DNA from: Candidatus Odinarchaeota archaeon
GTDB taxonomy: Archaea; Asgardarchaeota; Hermodarchaeia; Hermodarchaeales; Hermodarchaeaceae
DNA length: 44,753 nt
Reading direction: 5' to 3'
NCBI GenBank assembly: GCA_048885185.1
Contig: JBHLQC010000001.1
Coordinates: 1-44,753 of the forward strand
In this document: positions 1 through 7,412 of the stretch, one piece after another
Position numbering within the stretch: position 1 is the stretch's first letter
Layout: every line of letters starts with the position of its first letter
Program-made: the position numbers and the translations under genes
The notes under the pieces: model-generated
Seen by the model: the letters and a program-made list of their open reading frames with translations, nothing else
Told to the model about the DNA's origin: nothing
Database searches by the model: none

Positions 1-2657
1 GCGTGCCAGAAGGGGTGGGCGTAGCAGACGCGAAGGGGGGTGAATCCGATGATTCGTCCGATGATGCCGGCTGATGTGTGGGGGGCGAGTCCGACGGCGA
101 GGTGTCCGACGAGGTCGTTGGGTGATTTGAGGTTGTAGTAGGGTTTGAGGTTGTAAACGTTTACAAGGAGGTCGTCGATGAATTGGGAGATACGGTGGAG
201 GTATTTGGCGCAGTCGAAGGTGATGATGATATCTTGTGTTTTAAGTTCAAGGATTTGGTTCTCCGATGTGAGAGGGGTGCCGTTTTGATCGAAGTGGTAT
301 CCGAGTTCTTGGAGTGTTTCGGGTGAAACACTGATTTCGCAGGGTTTGAAGTGTGTTAGGGGGGCATCAGTCATATCAAATCGGATTGTGCCGTCCTTGT
401 AGACGAAGAGATCGTAACGGGCGCGGAGGATTGCTTTTTCAAGAAGTTCAGGGACTTTGTTTTTACTCATTAACCCCTTTACACCTTTAATTCGCTCTGG
501 GAGTCTTCCACCAAATTTTTTTCGTGCGCGACTTAGTTGTTCTTTTATTGAGAGTTCAATCGGTCCGTATGAATTCGTTACGTTTTGGCACGTTGGACAG
601 GTTTCTGTATTAACCTCCTGTTTACAAGTTGGACACCAATGCATTTGTTCTGTTTCGATTCCGCAGTCCTGACAGATTTGGAGATAGGTCTTATCTCCAC
701 ATCTTGGGCACTGGCGATAATTTACTTCGACTTTTACGAGGTCCTTTTTCTCTGCTTTCCGTAAATCCCTCATAGGGCCACCAGCATCACCTACAGGAAA
801 TATCCCGTTTGGGGGAGGTGACATTTCTCGGCGTTTAGCTTTCTCAGGGCGCCCAATTCGGGCTCCGATGTAGAATGTCCCCTTAGAGTGGAGTGGAATT
901 ACCCAATTGGCTTGAATGTAACTCAATGCATCTGTTGCATTGTTGATTTCAGAGGAAAACTTACATTGGTTTTTGCTCAAAAAAATCTCGTAAAGTATGG
1001 GAGCCGCTTCATCAAATCGCACAGAATTATTTGATATCTGGCAGGGTATACAAAGAGAGTCGAGTATTTCTTCAATTTCTGAATCTAGGGAGCCGTGAAG
1101 GCTAGTAACTCGAGACTTATCATTTTCAAGAGTAAGATGTTGAACCCATTTTTGTAAGACTTGTAATTGTTCGATGGAAAGCTCTTCCCAGAAGTAGACG
1201 TATCTTGGGTGCAAAGGAACGGCGAGATGAGAGGATATTGCTAGAGCTTGCCAAGGATTTGGATAACTCTGTAACGAATCATAGAGTATCCGTGAAAGAC
1301 TGGTTTTATCAATACTTTTCAGAAGTTCTTCTCGTTGGACATTTGAAGCGGCGACAAAACCTCCTAGTACCTCTTGAGCCCACCATTCAGGACAATAGCC
1401 GGCTGGCACTATTAGATGATTATTCTCACGAAATTCTCCAAAGCCGACCAGTAGATCACCTAAGAATAGTATTTTTGCGATGGCATCCTGGATTCGCTTT
1501 GCTTCTTCCACAGTATCAACGCGGACAATGCTTCCATTATACAATTTAACTATTGGTCCGTGGATGGTGTCGACAGGCATCGCCACGCAGCCCTTTCCTG
1601 GGCGTTCAATAATGAGTTGGGTTCCGCAGGCAATGAAGTTATCAAGTATTACCATTGTTGCAGGATGAACACCGAGTGCTGATAGACCAGTATTTCGCGA
1701 CCTTCCATATCTAACACGGAATCCTCCCTTTCTTGACGGATATGCTAACACAGGACGCCCTGCAATAATATCTTCAAGATATTTCTCGTTGGGTTGGATA
1801 CGTTGTTCAATCATGTTTTCATCGGATTCGCTAGGAGCTAAGTTTTCTAACCAGTCCCATCCTGGAAGGGAGAGCGCCGCAACGTGGTTGGCCAATTTAT
1901 GTGCTTTGCCTAAGACACTATCATTAAGGACGAGAATTGCGCCTCCTCGTAACCGATTTGTTTCAACACCAGGTAAATCACGGTATCCAGTTACCTCCGC
2001 TTCAGCCGTAGGTTCGCCTGTGACTTCAACGGGGAGGTTTTTTGCCACAAGCCTTACTTCTTCGGGTTTTGATGGAAATTGCAGGTGAGAAATGCGATTA
2101 TACAAGTCGACTTCTTCAACATATCTTTCAACGTTCTCAGTAGAGGGTTTATAGCGGTCTAAATCTAGTAGTTGTCTCACTGAATCTGCAACGAGAAGTA
2201 TTTGGGCACCTTCTGTGCCCCCAGCCGCCCTGATGGGCCCAGCAAAATAGACAGCTAAGTATCTACTACCATCGATATTTGTTTTAATTTTCACTGAGGC
2301 AATACCTTCAATCGGTCCAGCGGTAATGCCTTCTGTAATAATTGCTAATGCTGTGCGAATTGCTTGCTCAGCTGCGTTTTCAGGATCCCACCCATTGGTT
2401 TGTGCGTCTTGTATGATTTCACGGGCTACAATAAAAGCAATACTATGAGAGGGTTCATTCTCGCTTAAGTGTCGTATCCGGTCAGCTACACCAACAGGTC
2501 CTACTAAGCCTTCCACACGTCCAGCCACGTCATCAGCTGGACGCATTTCTACCTCACTGGTTGGGTCCAAACCTTTACTTCGCGCTTCATTGGCTACTTG
2601 CGCGAGCCGTTGAACTTCTTCTTTGAGGGATGTTTTGTAGGATTCCTGGAATTCCAT
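1..2657 (-). CDS. polC: DNA polymerase II (PolD) large catalytic subunit DP2, N-terminal ~885 codons; the 3' end runs off the left window edge
   Basis: Not in the supplied ORF track because no stop falls inside the window. My translation of the minus strand from ATG 2657-2655 stays open to position 1: [32 protein letters not shown]...[16 protein letters not shown]...[17 protein letters not shown]...KGVKGLMS...[31 protein letters not shown]. These are blocks I recognise as PolD DP2. The + strand ORFs listed at 457-2088 are antisense shadows. Confidence 0.9.
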   Translation of the reverse strand, partial: [885 protein letters not shown]

Positions 2658-3359
2658 TTACCCTACCCCCGTGAAAATGAGGATTACTAATATTATTTCA
2701 AAGAGTGCTAAAGTTATTCCAATTGCTATGGGATTTAGTAAATTGTCATCAATTGGAGAGGAAACAAGATCGACGATTAGTAAAATGGTTGCTGCTATAA
2801 TTCCATAAATCAATGGAACACCAATGAAATACCAAAGGGGGAGAAATGCTAGGAACCCAAAGAAAAAGCCGCCAATCGCACCTTCAAGAGTTCGGTTACC
2901 CTTAATTCGACGACGCCCGAACCTCATTCCGATAATGGCAGCAGCCCCATCGCCAAGTGCTGCTACCATAACAGCAGTAACGGATAGCCACCCTGAAAGC
3001 ATCCAGATAGCGGTAAATTGAAACCAATTTAGCAGTATGTGACCAAGAAGGTAGAGCGTAATAAAGATTAGCAGAGAACCGACTGCAAAGTAAACACTGG
3101 CACCGAATCTGGTTCGTTCTCTTGGTCGCATCACACGGTCAGTAATGCGTCTGAAAGGAAAATATCCATACACTCGGACTCGTGTAAAATCAAAGCCTAT
3201 GAAAAAGACTAGTGAAATTCCAGTAAACCCGATGGATAAAAGCGAACCATACAAAGGTCCAAAAAATTGTATTCCAATCCAATTTACTAAAGCAACTAAA
3301 ATCATTAGTGAATGGAAAATTTTACGCTGAACTTCGGTGGTAACAATAGGAGTTGCCAT
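2658..3359 (-). CDS. Polytopic membrane protein, CTP-dependent polyprenol/dolichol kinase or CdsA-like (CTP_transf_1) superfamily
   Basis: 233 aa with multiple hydrophobic spans. The C-terminal block GDGAAAIIGMRFGRRRIKGNRTLEGAIGGFFFGF resembles the GD..A..G..G....KT.EG signature of the dolichol kinase/phytol kinase/CdsA families. Its TAA stop (2660-2658) directly abuts the polC ATG. Confidence 0.6.
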   Translation of the reverse strand: MATPIVTTEVQRKIFHSLMILVALVNWIGIQFFGPLYGSLLSIGFTGISLVFFIGFDFTRVRVYGYFPFRRITDRVMRPRERTRFGASVYFAVGSLLIFITLYLLGHILLNWFQFTAIWMLSGWLSVTAVMVAALGDGAAAIIGMRFGRRRIKGNRTLEGAIGGFFFGFLAFLPLWYFIGVPLIYGIIAATILLIVDLVSSPIDDNLLNPIAIGITLALFEIILVILIFTGVG

Positions 3360-3528
3360 TATCTTATTCGGATATGACGGTGACTCTTATGCGTTTGGGC
3401 ATAACCAGCTACATCTCACTATTTAGACTCACTAAAAATGAGAACAAGTGAACTTCCTCCGATTGGGAAAAGGCTTTAAAGTTTAATACTTGTCAAATCA
3501 GCCTATCACATGCAGGTGAATCCGTTAG

Positions 3529-4506
3529 ATGGTTCTCACATCTCGCCAAAAAATCATTGTCGGACTAATGATTTTCCTTTTGGTTCTCGTTTTCCCAAAG
3601 AGAAGTGTAGCCTCGCAAAGTGAAGAAGGGCAAATTACAATTGTTTTTGATTTTAGTCATGATCAACTATTCAGCCCAGCGAATCAGAATTTCACAGAAG
3701 CCGTTGATGTTCTTAGTAATCGGCCTGAATATTTCGTACGGATTCTAACTCAGGGTGAATTATCTGCAGAGAATCTAACTCGTTCACATATTTTGGTTAT
3801 TTCAAATCCAGGAAAAGAGTACAATACTGCAGAACTAGAGGTCATTAGTAATTTTGTGAACAGAGGAGGTTCTTTATTCCTATTATGCGATTTTCAGATT
3901 GCGGATAGGCGTATTGGAAATCCTGTGGTACTAAATGAAATTCTTCAAGGAATTTCTGAACCACGGATTCAATTTTCTACAGTTACTGAAGGCGAAGAGA
4001 TACAAGGCGATGCAATATACGATCTAAACAATTCATTACTCCTACCATACAATATTCAAGTTAATCAGTCACTCATTACTTTAGACCCGCTTCGTGCAAC
4101 CATCGGTGCAAATATCAATTCGGTGATGGTTGCAGGCGGTTCACTAACGGAACAGACCTCAGGTTTAATCATTTCAACAGGTGCAGAAACCTCACAAGCC
4201 GTTAATATAAATGAAGAACCCATTCACAGTCAACCTGGTTGGTTAGCTGCTTTTTGGGTTAACAGTTCGCGAGTAGTCTTGTGTACTTCAAATACAATGT
4301 TTTCTGATACGTCTTGTGTCGGCACTAACCAGAGTTGGTTCGAGTCTATGGATAATTCCATGTTGTGGCTGAATATATTTAGCTGGTTATCTGCGTCATT
4401 TGTCCAAGACCCCACACCTTTCTTGATTTTCATTGTTTCTTTGGTGTTCATTGTTGGGATGGCGTTGTTCATCTACTCGTTTTGGCTCAAGAAACGAGGG
4501 CGATAA
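3529..4506 (+). CDS. Membrane-anchored extracytoplasmic protein, possibly DUF4350/GldG-like alpha/beta domain
   Basis: 325 aa with an N-terminal signal/TM (IIVGLMIFLLVLVF...SVAS) and a C-terminal TM followed by KKRGR. It has many N-x-S/T sequons. The blocks ITIVFDFSHDQ and HILVISNPGKEYNTAELEVISNFVNRGGSLFLLCD resemble GldG/DUF4350-type domains, judged from memory only. Confidence 0.5.
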   Translation: MVLTSRQKIIVGLMIFLLVLVFPKRSVASQSEEGQITIVFDFSHDQLFSPANQNFTEAVDVLSNRPEYFVRILTQGELSAENLTRSHILVISNPGKEYNTAELEVISNFVNRGGSLFLLCDFQIADRRIGNPVVLNEILQGISEPRIQFSTVTEGEEIQGDAIYDLNNSLLLPYNIQVNQSLITLDPLRATIGANINSVMVAGGSLTEQTSGLIISTGAETSQAVNINEEPIHSQPGWLAAFWVNSSRVVLCTSNTMFSDTSCVGTNQSWFESMDNSMLWLNIFSWLSASFVQDPTPFLIFIVSLVFIVGMALFIYSFWLKKRGR

Positions 4507-5168
4507 AAGAGATATTGACCTAGTGTTGCTAGCCACCGACTAATGTCACGACCAGCACGAATTTTTGATTCTTCATCTCCGTAACTGGTGGCGATAGGAA
4601 CTTCAGAAATCAGAAATCCTGCTCGTTGCGCATCGATGAGAATTTCAGTCTCGGCAGCGAACCCATTATTACGAACAGGGATTGTTTCTAAAACCCTCCT
4701 TTTGAAGGCGCGATACCCAGATTGTGAATCTGTAACGGGAACTTTGAAAATCACTCTGAGAACGGTGGTTGTGATAAGATTACTTAACTTTCGAGCGAAG
4801 GGCATATCTTCTGATTGCGTTTGGTAACGTGATCCAACAATGATGTCGTAACCTTGTTTGATTTTATCAAGGAACCGTGGGATAGAATGGGGGTTATGTT
4901 GTAGATCGCCATCAAGTGTGATTGTGACATCATATTGCTTTTTTATGGTATAATTAAAACCGGTCCGTAATGCTGCTCCTTTTCCAAGATTCGTTGGATG
5001 CCTAAGCACTGTTGCACCGTTAGCTTCAGCTATCTTTCCAGTGTTATCAGTACTACCATCATCTACTACAACAACATGTGTACAATACTTCTGCGCAATT
5101 GTTATCACTTGATCAATGGCACGGGATTCTTGATAGGCGGGAATAACACAACAGACCTTCATATACAC
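4473..5168 (-). CDS. Family 2 glycosyltransferase, dolichyl-phosphate hexose synthase-like (DPM1/AglD-type)
   Basis: 231 aa with CVIPAYQES...VVVVDDGSTDNTG...LRHPTNLGKGAALRTGF...TLDGDLQH, a classic GT2 DxD fold. Its 3' end overlaps the convergent gene by 34 nt. Confidence 0.85.
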   Translation of the reverse strand: MYMKVCCVIPAYQESRAIDQVITIAQKYCTHVVVVDDGSTDNTGKIAEANGATVLRHPTNLGKGAALRTGFNYTIKKQYDVTITLDGDLQHNPHSIPRFLDKIKQGYDIIVGSRYQTQSEDMPFARKLSNLITTTVLRVIFKVPVTDSQSGYRAFKRRVLETIPVRNNGFAAETEILIDAQRAGFLISEVPIATSYGDEESKIRAGRDISRWLATLGQYLFYRPRFLSQNE

Positions 5169-5228
5169 CAGCGTTTTCTAATGATGTGTAGAGAGTGGAG
5201 TAAGTAATCCTGAAAATGAAAAAGCTTA

Positions 5229-5507
5229 CTATTCGGATGAAAGTTGAGTATCTGTTGCTTTTGTGACTGTGGTTGGTTGGTTCGCACAAATATCTACAAA
5301 TTCACCATAAACATCGACTGGTTCTGTTAAAGAGGTAATGGCTATTGTGGCTTGAACATCACAGTTTCCACAATGAATTGTCGCTTGACCAATATTTCGG
5401 TTCATCTCAACACGGACAGCATTACGTCCACATTTAGGACAATTGAAAATTGAAGGAATTGTTCGGATAGGACGTCGGGGAGTGGTTTTTCTTCGTCGTC
5501 GACCCAT
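5229..5507 (-). CDS. elf1: Transcription elongation factor 1 (Elf1) homologue, zinc ribbon
   Basis: 92 aa with a basic N-terminus (MGRRRRKTTPRRP), a CPKCG...CGNCD zinc ribbon, and SLTEPVDVYGEFVD matching the eukaryotic Elf1 block LTEPIDVYSEWID. Confidence 0.85.
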   Translation of the reverse strand: MGRRRRKTTPRRPIRTIPSIFNCPKCGRNAVRVEMNRNIGQATIHCGNCDVQATIAITSLTEPVDVYGEFVDICANQPTTVTKATDTQLSSE

Positions 5508-5570
5508 TTGATTAACCTCATTAGTTGTAATACAGCACGCTATATAATTCTCGGGATTATTAGTACGACT

Positions 5571-7310
5571 TCACCTTTGGACTTTTCGTTTGAGATCACT
5601 CAGTAATTGGTTAGCTGTCTCAATTGGATCGGCATCAGAAACGTCATTAACTGATAGTTCTAGCTGGTTAGAGAAGTTATTCAAGTTAATTCGCCCAGAT
5701 AAATTGAGTTCCTTCCCAAGTAGAGTGTCTTCTACGCGTCGAACGGGTTCATCTTCGTTACCAGATTCTTCAATGATTGATTTAGCATCCTCTCCACTCA
5801 TTCCAAAGAGTTTCTCTGCAGAGTTCCCAATAAAACTAGCACGAATGTTTTCTGTTCCATCGTCTATGACGAGTTTTGCGATTAGTCGTGGTTCGGATTT
5901 TAGGATTTTACCACATTTGGGGCACGTAATTGATGAATTACTGATTGTAACTTTTTTGAAACACTTGGGACATGAATCATATACCGATTTTTGATGAATC
6001 ACTTGGACAACGGTTCCACGCACAGTCACAAAATTTCCTTCCGTCACATTTGCTAAAATTTGGTCAGGTGCTTCAGGCTTTCCAGAACTGATAAAATCAT
6101 TTGAAGGGCGTTTTATCTCGAGATTAGATGGATTGCGTGTAACTCGTGAAGATTCGTTAATGTGGATTTCAAGTTCTTGGCGAAGTCCAGCACGACAATT
6201 AATTCCTTCCAAAAGAAGGTGGGTTCCTACTTCGACATCAGCAAGGTTTTCAGCTGCTTGACCCCAAGCAACTGCACGAACTTTGGCTGTTTCATCAGCT
6301 AAAATGAATACAAGGCGTTTACCTTCTTGCCCATCACGTCGTGTGAATGTGCGTACACCTTGGTTTTCTAGGACTTTAACACCGATTGCACTTGAAAAAT
6401 CGCCAGCTGTTAGTTCTTTTAGAGCTTGTGGCTCTGAAGGTTGATCTTCAGGAGGTTGGTCTGTAGCACTTAGTTGGCGTAGTTGTCCACGACGACCTAA
6501 ATGTAATTCAGGTTCGTTATTCCGGTCCATTCGTACATATCCGCTTTCTATTCGAATTTTATCGTTTACTGATAATTTCTTAAACCATTCACTTTGTTCG
6601 TCCCATAATACTAGTCTGGTACGACCTGTCTCATCACGAATGGCCAAGCTTGCTACGCTTCCCTCAGAATCTCCTCGACTAAATGTGGAAACCCGATATT
6701 TGGCAATAATTATGCCTTCGACATGAACATCGCTCATTCCGGCTTCAAGTGACTTTAGTGGAGTTAGAGTAACTGCCACTTCGGGAAAGTCCTTTACGTC
6801 AACATCAGGTGGATTGATCATTATCCGACTTCCACTACCCAGATGGATTTCCAGTTGATCGCGAAGCCCAGTTCTTACTCTGCCATTTATTATTCGTAGG
6901 ATATCACCTTCATCGAATTCTTGATCTTCTATTGGTTTAGTATGATCATTCCAGAAAGTTACACGAATAGAACCGGTCGAATCGCTTCCCATGATATTGG
7001 CAACTTTCCCTTCTCCCCCTTGTTTTCGTTGAAATGTCCTAACTGGGAATATTCGAACAACTTTCAGATTCAGTGAAACTCCCGTCATTCCTGCAACTAA
7101 GTCACGAATAGACAGTTTTAGTTCAGGTGTAGGCTGCCTCTCAAAGAGATCAAGATCTAACTCCCGTGCTACAAGTGATGCAGCACCTTCGTCTGTCACA
7201 TAACCATCGAGTTCCTTCTTTTTTTCTTCAATCATTTGAAGGATTTCATCTTTGGATTTACCTGATTTATCGACTATTAGATCCACAATTTCAGCAAGTT
7301 TAAGTGGCAC
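5571..7310 (-). CDS. Replication protein A (RPA/RFA) with multiple OB folds and a C-terminal zinc finger
   Basis: 579 aa. Repeated OB-fold units are visible (VRIFPVRTFQRKQGGEGKVANI..., VSTFSRGDSEGSVASL..., VRTFTRRDGQEGKRLVF...), followed by CPKCFKK...CPKCGK. The N-terminus MPLKLAEIVD...DEGAASLVAREL is typical of archaeal RFA. Confidence 0.85.
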   Translation of the reverse strand: MPLKLAEIVDLIVDKSGKSKDEILQMIEEKKKELDGYVTDEGAASLVARELDLDLFERQPTPELKLSIRDLVAGMTGVSLNLKVVRIFPVRTFQRKQGGEGKVANIMGSDSTGSIRVTFWNDHTKPIEDQEFDEGDILRIINGRVRTGLRDQLEIHLGSGSRIMINPPDVDVKDFPEVAVTLTPLKSLEAGMSDVHVEGIIIAKYRVSTFSRGDSEGSVASLAIRDETGRTRLVLWDEQSEWFKKLSVNDKIRIESGYVRMDRNNEPELHLGRRGQLRQLSATDQPPEDQPSEPQALKELTAGDFSSAIGVKVLENQGVRTFTRRDGQEGKRLVFILADETAKVRAVAWGQAAENLADVEVGTHLLLEGINCRAGLRQELEIHINESSRVTRNPSNLEIKRPSNDFISSGKPEAPDQILANVTEGNFVTVRGTVVQVIHQKSVYDSCPKCFKKVTISNSSITCPKCGKILKSEPRLIAKLVIDDGTENIRASFIGNSAEKLFGMSGEDAKSIIEESGNEDEPVRRVEDTLLGKELNLSGRINLNNFSNQLELSVNDVSDADPIETANQLLSDLKRKVQR

Positions 7311-7412
7311 GCTTGAAAGCAGCCTCCCTGGTTAGATAAGATAATACCACAGGTTTCTACAAACAATGTTTTAAAAACATCCCTTCGTTACTCGAATAAG
7401 AGGCGCCTTAGT

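Noticed and set aside
457-2088. Four + strand ORFs in the track (457-672, 1205-1549, 1480-1668, 1789-2088)
   Set aside because: They lie antisense within the uninterrupted PolD DP2 reading frame. Their translations are low-complexity and Ser/Pro/Arg-rich, as expected for shadow ORFs.
5181-5213. C-box-like ATGATGT and D-box-like CTGA in the spacer between the GT2 gene and elf1 (possible C/D box sRNA)
   Set aside because: The boxes are only about 33 nt apart with no C'/D' pair. That is too short for a canonical archaeal C/D sRNA, and the match is weak.
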